Origin: a virus
DNA length: 64,000 nucleotides
IMG/VR virus record: IMGVR_UViG_3300025711_000007
Coordinates: 15,785-79,784 of that record
Reading direction: 5' to 3' (one strand)
Positions 27,829-37,909 of this stretch are shown piece by piece. The notes beneath the pieces were generated by a model, which made no database searches, was not told the origin of the DNA, and was given only the letters and a program-made list of their open reading frames with translations. Position 1 is the stretch's first letter. Every line of letters starts with the position of its first letter. Both the position numbers and the translations under genes were made by a program.

Positions 27829-28216
27829 CGACCGCCGACTGCTGCGCGCCGTAGCAGCTGCCCGGGTCCGCAACGAGTCGCTGCAGCGGTGGTGGTGTAA
27901 GAAGTACAACCGGCCACGGAAGGACCCGCTGCTAGCCGAGTACACGCTGGAGGAGCTGATGATCGAGTACCTGGAGGACGTCATCGAGAGCGACCCAGCG
28001 GAGGAGTTCCCGCAGAGCGTCCAAGAGTCCGGGCTCTACGTGCACAAGACCGGGGACGCGCTGGTCGACAGGTGGCAGGCGGACGCCGCGCTCGGCAAGG
28101 AGATCGACTTCGACGAGGCGTTCAAGGACCCGGAGGCGAGGGAGCAGTGGGAGGCGGTCAAGGCCGCGTCCCGCGCGCGCCACCAGGCCAAGCACGGCGG
28201 CGAGGGCGGGCGCTGA
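27809..28216 (+). CDS. Tail assembly chaperone C-terminal frame (T-like), probably reached by +1 frameshift
   Basis: +1 frame lacking a good start; RWWCKKYNRPRKDPLL; TTT CGA at 27808-27813. Confidence 0.65.
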   Translation, partial: FEHAWGDDRRLLRAVAAARVRNESLQRWWCKKYNRPRKDPLLAEYTLEELMIEYLEDVIESDPAEEFPQSVQESGLYVHKTGDALVDRWQADAALGKEIDFDEAFKDPEAREQWEAVKAASRARHQAKHGGEGGR

Positions 28217-30594
28217 TGGCCGACGACATCAAGCTCCAGCTCGGGATCGACGTCGAGGCGCTGCAGCGCGCCGCGTCGCAGGCCACCAACGTCCTCGCGC
28301 AGACGTTCGAGAAGGGCATCAGCGCCAACCTGCTCGGCAACGGGCTGCTGCCGACGCAGCCGCCGCCGGCGCAGCAGGGCTCGCAGAACACCATCGCCGG
28401 GGTGGTCAGCGCGATCCAACAGGTTAACCGCACGCTCATCACCGGGTTCAACGCGCTCGCCGGAGGCGTCTACCTCGGTGGCGGCGGTGGGGGCGTCGGG
28501 ACTGGAGGCGGCGGCCCCGGCGGCGGGCCGGGCGGTGTCGGACCCGCCGCCGGCCTGGCGCAGCCGGGACCCGGGGCTCGCGTCGGCGGGGGCGGGTTCG
28601 GAGGGGCCGCGCAGATCATCTCCCGAGCCGGCGACCTCGCCGCCGCGCTCATGCCGTCGACCATGAAGATGTTCATGGGCGGGTTCTACGGCACCGACGT
28701 CATGGGGTTCGTGCACAACCTCGTCAGCCAGATCCCGATCGCAGGCAGCCTGCTCGGCGCGGTCACCGGGCCGTTCCACCAGGTGATGCAGAAGAACGAC
28801 GAGTTCAAGAACATGCAGTACGAGCTGTTCCGCGACGCCGGCGAGGACGCGATGAACTCGTTCACCAACATGTGGGAGGACGACGACTACAGGGAGCAGT
28901 TCGTCAAGCGCTACGGGTTCAGCAGGTCGGAGACGCAGCAGCTCCTCCACTCCGGCTTCCGCCGCGGGCTGAACCAGGGCTCGGGGATGGAGGCGGTCAT
29001 GAACATGCAGGGCACGCTCGGCCTCGGCCAGGAGACCGCCGAGACGGCGGGTGGTCTCCGCAGGGCTGGCCTGAAGCCGGGCCAGGAGAGCGAGGTCCTG
29101 GCGAACGCGATCGGCGTCGCCGTCGCGACCGGGCTGGAGCGCGGTCGCTGGGGCGAGATGCTGACCATGTGGCAGCGGGCGGCCCAGTCGAGCGTCGACA
29201 CCGACATCGCCTGGAAGGAGGTGGCGTCGCAGCAGCAGTTCGTCGGCAGCCTCGGGGCCCGCTACCAGGGAGACACGCCCGCGTCCCAGTCGATGCACGC
29301 CGCGCTCCGGGCGATGGCGAGCAACACGAGCTCGCCGCTGGCGCTCCGCGGCGCGCTGCAGCTGACCGGCGGGGACTACTTCGGCGCGACCGCGCGCATG
29401 GCGCGGGCCGGTGAGCAGCCGGACACCGAGCTCGAGGAGCGGATCATCGACCAGATGATGGGCGTCTCGGGCGTGCGCGAGTGGATGTCGATGCCGGACG
29501 GCCCGGACGCTGACCGCGCGCTCGACCGCATCGCCGGCGTCGCCGCGACGCTCGGGACGGGGTTGTCGCAGCTCAAGATCGCGACCCTGCTCAAGGCGAG
29601 GAAGCGGACCCAGGGTCCGCTGTTCAAGCCGCCGTCGTCCGAGGCCGTCGCGATCGGGATCCAGCAGGTCACCGGCACGGCGCCGCTGCCCGACACCGCG
29701 CTCGGCCCGCGGCGGAGCGAGTCCGAGGCGCAGCGCCCGTCCGGGATCTCCGGCATCCAGGAGAACAAGCCGCTCGTGCCGGGCGGTCCGCAGGAGCAGC
29801 TCAAGCGGAACCAGGCTGACCGCATGCGCCGGATCCAGGCCAGGGACCCGTCCGCCGGCATGACCGCGGACGAGCTGCGCTCCGGGCAGTTCATGTTCGA
29901 CTCCGGGTCGCCGGCGCCCGCCGGGAGCGCCGCGCCGTCGCCGGGCACCTCCGGCGCGTCGGGGTCCGGGTACCAGCAGTTCGCGACGCAGGGGTTCGGA
30001 TCCCCGATCCCGGGCCGGGCGCCGCACCCAGGCGTCGACCTCGCGTTCCCGCCAGGCACCGCCGTCACGTGCCCGGTCGACGGCGTGATCGAGCACATCA
30101 ACCGGAACGGCGTCGGGCTCGAGGTCGGCGCGGCGGTCCACATCCGCGCCGCGGATGGTGTGCTGTGGAAGCTCTACCACATCGACCCCAAGACCTTCCC
30201 GGCGAGCCTGAGCGTCGGGCGCCGCATCTCGCGGGGCACGCCGCTCGGCCGGACGTTCAGCAACCAGTTCTGGCAGGGCCCGGGAGGCCAGCGCGTGCGC
30301 ACCCACCTCCACGTCGGCCAGACCAGCGCCGGCGGGGTCGGGCTCGACCCGATGCGCCCCGGCGGGATCGCGCCGGGGTCGCTGACCGGCGGCGTCACGG
30401 GGTCCGTGGTAGGCGCCGGCGCGGCGCCGTCATCGTCGTCGTCGTCGAGCTCGGCAGGCAACGCGGTCCACGTGACGACCGACGTCAACGTGTACGTGCA
30501 CCAGGACCCGTCGGGGCGCCCCGTGATCCGCGCGCGCGCCGCGACGCCGTCCGTCGTGAGCTCGCCCGGCCAGATCGTCGGAGGCACGCGGTGA
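28216..30594 (+). CDS. Tape measure protein with M23 peptidase domain
   Basis: Gly/Ala-rich helical body; HPGVD (HxxxD) and HLH motifs near C-terminus. Confidence 0.87.
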   Translation: MADDIKLQLGIDVEALQRAASQATNVLAQTFEKGISANLLGNGLLPTQPPPAQQGSQNTIAGVVSAIQQVNRTLITGFNALAGGVYLGGGGGGVGTGGGGPGGGPGGVGPAAGLAQPGPGARVGGGGFGGAAQIISRAGDLAAALMPSTMKMFMGGFYGTDVMGFVHNLVSQIPIAGSLLGAVTGPFHQVMQKNDEFKNMQYELFRDAGEDAMNSFTNMWEDDDYREQFVKRYGFSRSETQQLLHSGFRRGLNQGSGMEAVMNMQGTLGLGQETAETAGGLRRAGLKPGQESEVLANAIGVAVATGLERGRWGEMLTMWQRAAQSSVDTDIAWKEVASQQQFVGSLGARYQGDTPASQSMHAALRAMASNTSSPLALRGALQLTGGDYFGATARMARAGEQPDTELEERIIDQMMGVSGVREWMSMPDGPDADRALDRIAGVAATLGTGLSQLKIATLLKARKRTQGPLFKPPSSEAVAIGIQQVTGTAPLPDTALGPRRSESEAQRPSGISGIQENKPLVPGGPQEQLKRNQADRMRRIQARDPSAGMTADELRSGQFMFDSGSPAPAGSAAPSPGTSGASGSGYQQFATQGFGSPIPGRAPHPGVDLAFPPGTAVTCPVDGVIEHINRNGVGLEVGAAVHIRAADGVLWKLYHIDPKTFPASLSVGRRISRGTPLGRTFSNQFWQGPGGQRVRTHLHVGQTSAGGVGLDPMRPGGIAPGSLTGGVTGSVVGAGAAPSSSSSSSSAGNAVHVTTDVNVYVHQDPSGRPVIRARAATPSVVSSPGQIVGGTR

Positions 30595-32297
30595 GGGTCG
30601 TCCCGTCAGCGGGTGACGTTCGCGACGTCAACAACACGTGTGACGTGCTCCACGTCGCGCGCTCGGCGCAGTTCGACGCCAGCGACGTCCTCAAGCAGAT
30701 CGTCGCCGCGCAAGGTCTCCTCGCGACCGACGCCGCGCTGCCGGCGGACGTGAACAAGGCGTACGGAGGGCAGACCGGCACGGCGTGGCTCGGCGAGGAG
30801 TCGAGCGACGTCATGGCGTGCTCGTGGGCGAAGGACGTCGACGGCGTCGTCGGGGCGCTGTCGGTCCAGCTCAAGCCGCGCGCCCGGTACCTGGAGACGA
30901 TCCTGCCTGGCGACGTCCTGATCGTGTTCATGAACGACGCTGGGGACTACGAGCCGCGGAACCGCTTCGTCGGCACGCTCGTCGCCGTCGTGGTGGTCGA
31001 CCGCGTCGCGGAGTCCACCACCGTCCAGCAGCAGGCGACCGTCGACGTCGTCAGCGTCTCCGCCCGGGACCTCGCCGTCGTCCTCTCCGAGTCGTCCACG
31101 GTGTTCGACCAGACCTTCGCGCAGGTCGAGAACGCCGCGTACACGGGCGACTTCATCGCCCGGCTGTTCGGGGAGAAGAAGCAGCTCGCGCTGAGCCCGC
31201 TGGAGAACGTGCTCATCCTGCTGCTGCTGCTCTACGACGCCGACCAGACGGGGAGCGAGCTCGCGCGCTTGCAGTGGAAGCTGACCGCGTCAGATGGTTC
31301 GTCGAGCCCGGCGCAGCTGATCAGCTTACTCGACGTCACGTCCTACGTGCAGAATCCGCTGCCGTTCTACGCGGTCGCCGAGCCTCCGGGCATCATCCAG
31401 GCTGGGAACGTGTGGTCGCTGCTGGAGAGCTACGCCAACCCGGTGGTGAACGAGTTCTTCATCGACGTGCGCGACGTGTCAGCGCAAGAGAGGAAGTTCA
31501 GAGACCTGGTCGCGAAGGCATCCAGGGATAACTTCTATGCAGACAATCCTGACGATTTGGTGAGCCAGGACACCACCGTGAAGACCGTCCTCAACAGCAA
31601 CCTGTTCCGGTCGAGCTCGACGCGGACCGCCGGCGGCGCCACCGCGTCGAGCTTGGCGGACGGGACCTCGGTCGTCGCGCTCGTGTTCCGGCAGCGCCCG
31701 TACGACGCCGACGCCTTCAACGCGTTGCCGGTCACCGAGGTCGACTCCACCGAGGTGGAGTCGAGCGAGCTCGCGCGCTCATCGCACGACGTCTTCAACT
31801 GGTTCCGCGTCCGGTTCCCGGGGCTGGACGTGAAGCTCCAGGAGGTGGTCGCCGGGATCCGCACGGTGCCGCAGTCGGTCGCCAAGTTCGGGTTCCGCCG
31901 CATGGAGGCCGAGACGCGCTACATGTTCGCCTCGAGCGCCGCCTCGGTGACGTTCAGCAAGGGCAGCACGAAGACCGACTTCGGCGACGTGTTCCGGCAG
32001 TACGTCAACTTGCTGTCGACCTGGTACGCTCAGAACGAGTCCTGGTACGCCGGGACGCTGACGATGCGATTCTGCCCGAGCATCCGCGTCGGTACGCGCC
32101 TCCGGTTGTTCCGCCGCGGGTTGACCTACGACTTCTACGTCCAGGGCGTGCACCACTCGTTCAGCAAGGAGCCCGGGAACAGCCACAGCTCGCTCACGCT
32201 CACGCGCGGGCGCGTCGTCAGCAGCGCGACCGTGCCGCTCGTCCCGGTCGGCGACTTCCAGCACGACGGCTTCGCGATCACCGGAGGGTCCCAGTGA
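30591..32297 (+). CDS. Baseplate hub protein
   Basis: Follows tape measure; NEFFID, KFGFRRME, IRVGTRL...FYVQGVHHSF...LTLTRG. Confidence 0.8.
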   Translation: MRVVPSAGDVRDVNNTCDVLHVARSAQFDASDVLKQIVAAQGLLATDAALPADVNKAYGGQTGTAWLGEESSDVMACSWAKDVDGVVGALSVQLKPRARYLETILPGDVLIVFMNDAGDYEPRNRFVGTLVAVVVVDRVAESTTVQQQATVDVVSVSARDLAVVLSESSTVFDQTFAQVENAAYTGDFIARLFGEKKQLALSPLENVLILLLLLYDADQTGSELARLQWKLTASDGSSSPAQLISLLDVTSYVQNPLPFYAVAEPPGIIQAGNVWSLLESYANPVVNEFFIDVRDVSAQERKFRDLVAKASRDNFYADNPDDLVSQDTTVKTVLNSNLFRSSSTRTAGGATASSLADGTSVVALVFRQRPYDADAFNALPVTEVDSTEVESSELARSSHDVFNWFRVRFPGLDVKLQEVVAGIRTVPQSVAKFGFRRMEAETRYMFASSAASVTFSKGSTKTDFGDVFRQYVNLLSTWYAQNESWYAGTLTMRFCPSIRVGTRLRLFRRGLTYDFYVQGVHHSFSKEPGNSHSSLTLTRGRVVSSATVPLVPVGDFQHDGFAITGGSQ

Positions 32298-33121
32298 CGA
32301 CGGAGTGGACCCACGACGGCCACCCCATCCAGGCGGGAGCTACGCGTGGCGAGTACGCGCTGGCGGGCGTGCGGGCGCACTTCTCGATCATGGACATGCG
32401 CGAGATGGTCGTCACCGCGAGGTACTACGTCGACGACCCGCGCAACCGATCGAAGCGGTTCGTCGAGTACACGTGCCGCGACCTCCACACGGGGGAGCCC
32501 TACCCGGGGTGCCGGCAGCTGTCGCAGATGAGCGGGGTCGAGGACGGGGACGACAGCGTGCTCCGGCCGACGACGTCGTTCCTCTCGGGGACCACCGGAG
32601 CCACGGGCGCCCTCGCCAACGAGCACACGCCGGCGAACGACGTCGACGGGGACCAGGTCCTCGTCGGGTTCATCTCCGGGTCCCGGTCGCGCCCGGTGAT
32701 CGTCGGCGTGTTCCGGCACTCCGGGTCGCAGTACGGAGCCACCGCCGCGCAGGGTGAGCGCAGGCTGACCCAGCACAAGGGCACGAGCATCGAGATCGCG
32801 TCCAGCGGCGAGTACCGCATCAAGCACAAGAGCGGGTCGATGGTCGCTATGCTGGACAGCGGCGACGTCCAGGTGCGCCCGGCGCCGGGCAAGAAGCTGT
32901 ACCACGGCGACGTCGGCGCCGCCGAGAACCACGTGCTCGGCCAGCAGCTCAAGGCGCTCATGTCGGACCTCATCGACGCGCTGCTCGCCGCGACGTACCC
33001 GACCGGCGTCGGGCCGTCGGGTCCGATGCTGCCGCCGTCGTCCGCGACGCTGACCAACCTCAAGGCGAACCTCGACTCCATCCTGAGCAACATGGCCTTC
33101 ACGCAGAAGGACCAGGGCTGA
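32294..33121 (+). CDS. Baseplate central spike (gp5/gpV-like)
   Basis: GDQVLVGFISG..RPVIVG OB-fold, beta repeats, VLGQQL...PTGVGPSGP tip. Confidence 0.8.
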   Translation: MTTEWTHDGHPIQAGATRGEYALAGVRAHFSIMDMREMVVTARYYVDDPRNRSKRFVEYTCRDLHTGEPYPGCRQLSQMSGVEDGDDSVLRPTTSFLSGTTGATGALANEHTPANDVDGDQVLVGFISGSRSRPVIVGVFRHSGSQYGATAAQGERRLTQHKGTSIEIASSGEYRIKHKSGSMVAMLDSGDVQVRPAPGKKLYHGDVGAAENHVLGQQLKALMSDLIDALLAATYPTGVGPSGPMLPPSSATLTNLKANLDSILSNMAFTQKDQG

Positions 33122-33597
33122 TGGCGATGTCCCAAGGAGCCCTCGCGGCCCAGCTGGTCAACCTCGCGCCGGCGGCGACCGAGGCCGCCGCGATCGCGAC
33201 GCTGGCGGACGCGTACGCCGTCTTCGCCGGCGACGCCGTCGCCGGAGCGGTGCCGATCACCCCGGCCGGGGTCGGGCTCGGGAAGGCCGCGATGCAGCTC
33301 GCCCTCGTCGGGATCAGCACCCCCGGAGCTGGGTCGGCGGTGTTGACCGGCGCGGTCCAGGCGTTCTGGGCCGCGGTGGCTGGGGGTCTGGCGACGTCGT
33401 TCGCCGGCGCGACGGCGATCGTCCCTCCGCCGCACGCGGGGCTGCAGGTGCTGCTCGACGCGACGTTCGCCGCGAACACCGCGTCGCAGGCGAGCCAGGC
33501 CGCGGCCACGGACGCGGTCGCGACCGTGCTCTACAACCAAGCTATAATCGGCGGCACCGCCACGTTCCCGGGACCCGTGGTGTCGCCGATATCGTAG
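33121..33597 (+). CDS. Baseplate-associated Ala-rich protein
   Basis: Coupled to spike gene. Confidence 0.65.
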   Translation: MAMSQGALAAQLVNLAPAATEAAAIATLADAYAVFAGDAVAGAVPITPAGVGLGKAAMQLALVGISTPGAGSAVLTGAVQAFWAAVAGGLATSFAGATAIVPPPHAGLQVLLDATFAANTASQASQAAATDAVATVLYNQAIIGGTATFPGPVVSPIS

Positions 33598-33603
33598 CGA
33601 ACA

Positions 33604-35766
33604 ATGCCGCCGTTCATACCTTCACAGCAGCCAGACGACGCCCGGGGCCGGCGCTACGCGAAGGCGTACAAGTACGTCTTCGCGATGCTGAAGGCAGGCG
33701 AGGACCTCACGACGCTCGACCAGAACAGCGGCGCGTTCAGCGCGACCTCCATCATCGACGAGGGCCGGTTCGTGTCTCTCTCCCTGCCGCAGCAGCTGCA
33801 GCTGCGCGGCCCGTTCGCGACCTCGGTCACGGTGATGCAGGACGGAGGTAAGACGATCGAGTCCAGAGGGCAGGTGCTCAGGCCGGGGTCGATCTCCGGG
33901 ACTTCAGGGTTCTTGCCTCCGAACTCGGCGGTGTCGCTGCAGCCGTCGTTCGGCCGCCTCACGCCGAACGTCGCAGACCTCGACGGCCAGCTCGGAGCGA
34001 TATCTGGATACATGCAGTTTCAGAAGCTTCGCTATTTGTTCGACCTGTACGGCGACGAGCGGAGGCGCGGTAACTTGGACGTGACGTTCTACTTCTTCGA
34101 CTACAAAAACGATGATTTCTGGCGCATCGAGCCGCAGTCGTTCGACATGACGCGTTCCAGCCACCGCCCTATGTCGTACGAGTACAGCATCCAGTTTCAG
34201 TGCATCGAGCGCGCCGACACGACGGGCAAGAACGAGGAGGTCAATCCGGTGTCCGGAGCGTCGCCGGTCATCGCGGGCAACGCGCGGCTGAACACGAACA
34301 ACGTCGGCGGCGCCTTGGCCAAGATCGCGGGCGGGCTGAGCGCGGCGTCGAAGACGTCGATCCTGGTCACGGTCGCTCGGTTCGGCGACATGGTGACGAG
34401 CGGTCTCGACTTCTTGAAGCTCACGGACGCGGTCGTGCAGCGCTCGTTCCAAGCGACGCTGAACAAGCTCGACGCGGTGATCGGGTTCTTCGCGAACGTA
34501 CACGACACGTTCTTCGCGCTGCTCGAGACGGTGCCGACGCTGATGGCCCAGCTGAGCAGCTCGCTCGACGGGTTGTTCAACACCGTCCACAAGTTCGCGC
34601 CCGACAACATCGCTCAGGAGATCAACGCGTGGGCTCTGGAGGTGACGCGACTGTCGGACCGCATGATGGTCCAGGTCAGCACGCTCGTGGCCTCGCAGCC
34701 GCAGCGCGACGTGCGGGACACCGACCAGCGGTTCTCGCAAGGCCGGATGAAGCAGGGGTCGACGACCGACCTCATGCGCGAGCCCGCCGGCAGCGCCGGC
34801 TCGCTGGACGCGAACCCGTTCATCGGGTCGTCCGGGTTGGCGCTGGTGACCGACGTCGAGAAGCTCGCTGACGCCTCGCAGCACGTAACGGTCACCATCA
34901 ACGATGGCGAAGACGTGTACGCACTGGCTCGTCGCGTGTTCGGCAGGGTCGAGCGCTTCTCCGACATCGTGCTGCTGAACAAGCTGGAGTTCCCGTTCAT
35001 CGTCGCCGACGCCGGGTCGAAGCCGTCGAACACGCTCGCGTGGGGCGAGCGCGTCCTCGTGCCGGCCCCCGCGAAGTCGATCGCGACCGCGTTCGCTGGG
35101 GTCGGTGCGTCCGACGCCCCGTCGACGTCCGGCGTGGTCGACACGTCCGCCTCGTTCGACAAGTTGATCGACAGCACCGCCGAGTGGATCACGGACCAGT
35201 GGGTCGGCTACTCGGTGACGGCGACCACCGGGTCGTCTCAGCAGACGCTGGTCTGCGCCGCGAACACGGTGAACCAGCTCACGCTCAACAGCAGCTGGGT
35301 CATCACGATCACGCCGGGAGTCACGACGTACACCGTCGCATACGTCCAGTTCGACCCGCGGCGCCCGGTGACCGCGGAGACGCGGGCGTACGGCGTCGAC
35401 CTGCTCGCCGTGTTCGGTGCGGACGGTCGCTGCGACCTCGCGCTCGGTGCCACGTCGGACTTCGCTACCGCGAGGGGCCTCGACAACCTGTTCCAGGCGA
35501 TAACGCTGCGCTCGCGGTGCCCGCTCGGCGAGCATCCGTTCCACAGGTCGTACGGGATGATTGCCCCGATCGGCCGCCCGTTCACCGACGACGTCGGCGT
35601 CCTCTACTCGTTCTTCATCCGCCGGTCGCTGCTGTCTGACCGCCGCGTCGACAAGGTCCGCAACGTGCAGCTCAGCGTCGCCAACGACGTGGTCACGGTG
35701 AGCCTCGAGTTGCAGCCAGTCGACGCCCGCGTGGCGCAGCCGATCACCATCCAGGTCGGAGCATAG
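33604..35766 (+). CDS. Baseplate protein: tube-initiator-like N-terminus, LysM-like domain, gp25/W-like C-terminus
   Basis: GEDVYALARRVFG...IVLLNKL; GLDNLFQAI...HPFHRSYG...LLSDRRVDKV. Confidence 0.78.
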   Translation: MPPFIPSQQPDDARGRRYAKAYKYVFAMLKAGEDLTTLDQNSGAFSATSIIDEGRFVSLSLPQQLQLRGPFATSVTVMQDGGKTIESRGQVLRPGSISGTSGFLPPNSAVSLQPSFGRLTPNVADLDGQLGAISGYMQFQKLRYLFDLYGDERRRGNLDVTFYFFDYKNDDFWRIEPQSFDMTRSSHRPMSYEYSIQFQCIERADTTGKNEEVNPVSGASPVIAGNARLNTNNVGGALAKIAGGLSAASKTSILVTVARFGDMVTSGLDFLKLTDAVVQRSFQATLNKLDAVIGFFANVHDTFFALLETVPTLMAQLSSSLDGLFNTVHKFAPDNIAQEINAWALEVTRLSDRMMVQVSTLVASQPQRDVRDTDQRFSQGRMKQGSTTDLMREPAGSAGSLDANPFIGSSGLALVTDVEKLADASQHVTVTINDGEDVYALARRVFGRVERFSDIVLLNKLEFPFIVADAGSKPSNTLAWGERVLVPAPAKSIATAFAGVGASDAPSTSGVVDTSASFDKLIDSTAEWITDQWVGYSVTATTGSSQQTLVCAANTVNQLTLNSSWVITITPGVTTYTVAYVQFDPRRPVTAETRAYGVDLLAVFGADGRCDLALGATSDFATARGLDNLFQAITLRSRCPLGEHPFHRSYGMIAPIGRPFTDDVGVLYSFFIRRSLLSDRRVDKVRNVQLSVANDVVTVSLELQPVDARVAQPITIQVGA

Positions 35767-35768
35767 CA

Positions 35769-37892
35769 GTGCCAACATCCATAAGATTCCTGACCTACCC
35801 GGAGATACTGGCGGACATGTTCGCGCACGCGCAGGCGTCGCCGGTGGCCGGCGGTCTCGGGCCGAACATCGACCTCACGCCGGGGTCTCTGGTCCGCACG
35901 ATCCTCGAGTGCTCGGCGCTCTCCGACGCCGACCAGTACGTGCAGATGAGCCGGTTGCCGAACCTGTTCTCCCTCGACAAGTGCCGCGGCGACGACCTCG
36001 ACGAGCGCGCGGTCGAGATCGGGTCCGATCTCATCATCGATCTGCGGCGCCGACAGGCCAACACGAGCGTCGCCTCGATCGTGGTCGGCAACGGGACCTT
36101 CCTCAGGACGACCACGCTCGCGTCCGACGTCAACTACAACAGTGCCACGTTCGACGTGGTCGACGGGTCTGCCTTCCCGACCTCCGGGGCGATCACCATC
36201 AACGCGGGGGCCCCCAACGAGGAGGACCTGATCTACACGCGCTCCGTGAACACGTTCACGGTGGTGCTATCTGGGACGTCGCCCGTGCTGCAGCGGAGCC
36301 ACGCGAGTGGCGAGGTGGTGACGAGTGTGTCGATCCGGTCGACGCTCGCCTCGACCGTCAGCGTCGGCGCCCTCACCGCCACCCTGCTCGCTGGCACCGG
36401 GTCTGCGTGGAGCACGTCGGGGACGGTGATATTCGACCGATCCACGACGTCGCAGGAGAAGGTGTCGTTCACGCGGTCGGGCGACGTGCTGACGCTGGGG
36501 TCGCCGGCGACGTTCATCCACGCTGCAGGGTCCGTTGTGATCCAGGGGACGGACGGGACCGACCACGTCATACCCGTCGGAGCCCAACCGCGCGTGCCTC
36601 CGACGCCGTCATCTGCGCAGGTCAACTTCGTGGTGCAGTCGCCGGGCGGCACGCTGTTCGACGGCGACTTCGTGTCCGGCCTCATCCCGGTGAGGTCGGT
36701 GCTCGTCGGCGCGTCGACGCGCGTCGGCGCGAACCAGATCACGCAGTGGACGACCCCGCCGTTCGCCGGCGCCACCGTGACCAACCCTGCGTCCGCCACG
36801 CGCGGCGCGGACCGCGAGTCCGACGACAACTACAGGCAGAGGATCAAGGACACGATCCAGAGCTTCTCCGGCGGAGGCACGCCGCTGTCGATCACCACGA
36901 AGGTGAAGGACCTGGTCGATCCGGAGACCGGCGCCTCCGTCGCGTTCGTCCAGCTCGTCGACCCGGTATCGGCGTCCGGCCGGGGCCTCCTCTACATCAC
37001 CGACGGCACTCCGGGGTTCTCGCTGGGGCAGCAGCCGTTCCTCGGCCGCGACGTCATCATCTCGGACGCTGTCACGGGGGACGCTCGAGGTAAGCTCGGC
37101 ACGTACGGGCCGCCGTACAACTACTCCACGGTCGACCCCGTCGCGCCCCGCCTGTTCTCGAGCGCGACTACGGTCCGAGGGACCTCCACCTCCGTCGGCG
37201 TGAACTTCCTGGAGGACACGACGCAGAGCATGGTGACGAACGCGTTCGCGGGCATGTGGCTGAAGACCGGCGACAACGTGTTCCGCAGCGTGCTGTCCAA
37301 CACGTCCGTCCGGTTCATCTTCACGAACGGCGACGTGCCGAGCCCCGGCGTCTACTCGGTCTACGACCTCTCCGGCAGCCCGCTCACGCCGGGCACCGAC
37401 TTCGAGTTCAACCCGTCGACAGGTGACCTGGAGCTCGCCGCGTCGCTCAGCACGCACGACGGGCTCGTGGCGGCGAACGACGGCGCGTCGTCGTCGCTCG
37501 GGGCGTACCTGTACTCGAGTGGCCTCGCGGCCTACGTGCAGCGGGCGGTCAACGGCGACCCCGCTGACTTCAGCACCTTCCCCGGCCTCCGCGCGGCCGG
37601 GTCCCAGATACTCGTCGCGGTGCCGACCACGATCACGCAGGCGTTCGTCATCTCGGTCGTGCCGACCGTCGGCTTCACGGTCACGCAGCTCGTGACTCCC
37701 GTCCAGGTGGCGGTGCAGACCATCGTCAACTCGAGCGGCATGGGGGCCCGGGTGACGCTATCGGACCTGATCGTCGCCATCAAGGCCGTCCCCGGCGTCG
37801 GCGACGTCACGATCATCATGCCGCTGGCGAACATCTCGGTGCCCAGCGGAACGCTCATGCGAATCACGCCAGCTGACGTGACGCTGGTCTAA
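35769..37892 (+). CDS. Baseplate J-like wedge protein
   Basis: DLTPGSLVRTILE, GDDLDERA, VTNPASATRGADRESDDNYRQRI, VPGVGDV. Confidence 0.9.
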   Translation: MPTSIRFLTYPEILADMFAHAQASPVAGGLGPNIDLTPGSLVRTILECSALSDADQYVQMSRLPNLFSLDKCRGDDLDERAVEIGSDLIIDLRRRQANTSVASIVVGNGTFLRTTTLASDVNYNSATFDVVDGSAFPTSGAITINAGAPNEEDLIYTRSVNTFTVVLSGTSPVLQRSHASGEVVTSVSIRSTLASTVSVGALTATLLAGTGSAWSTSGTVIFDRSTTSQEKVSFTRSGDVLTLGSPATFIHAAGSVVIQGTDGTDHVIPVGAQPRVPPTPSSAQVNFVVQSPGGTLFDGDFVSGLIPVRSVLVGASTRVGANQITQWTTPPFAGATVTNPASATRGADRESDDNYRQRIKDTIQSFSGGGTPLSITTKVKDLVDPETGASVAFVQLVDPVSASGRGLLYITDGTPGFSLGQQPFLGRDVIISDAVTGDARGKLGTYGPPYNYSTVDPVAPRLFSSATTVRGTSTSVGVNFLEDTTQSMVTNAFAGMWLKTGDNVFRSVLSNTSVRFIFTNGDVPSPGVYSVYDLSGSPLTPGTDFEFNPSTGDLELAASLSTHDGLVAANDGASSSLGAYLYSSGLAAYVQRAVNGDPADFSTFPGLRAAGSQILVAVPTTITQAFVISVVPTVGFTVTQLVTPVQVAVQTIVNSSGMGARVTLSDLIVAIKAVPGVGDVTIIMPLANISVPSGTLMRITPADVTLV

Positions 37893-37909
37893 GAAGAGGA
37901 ACGCTCACC

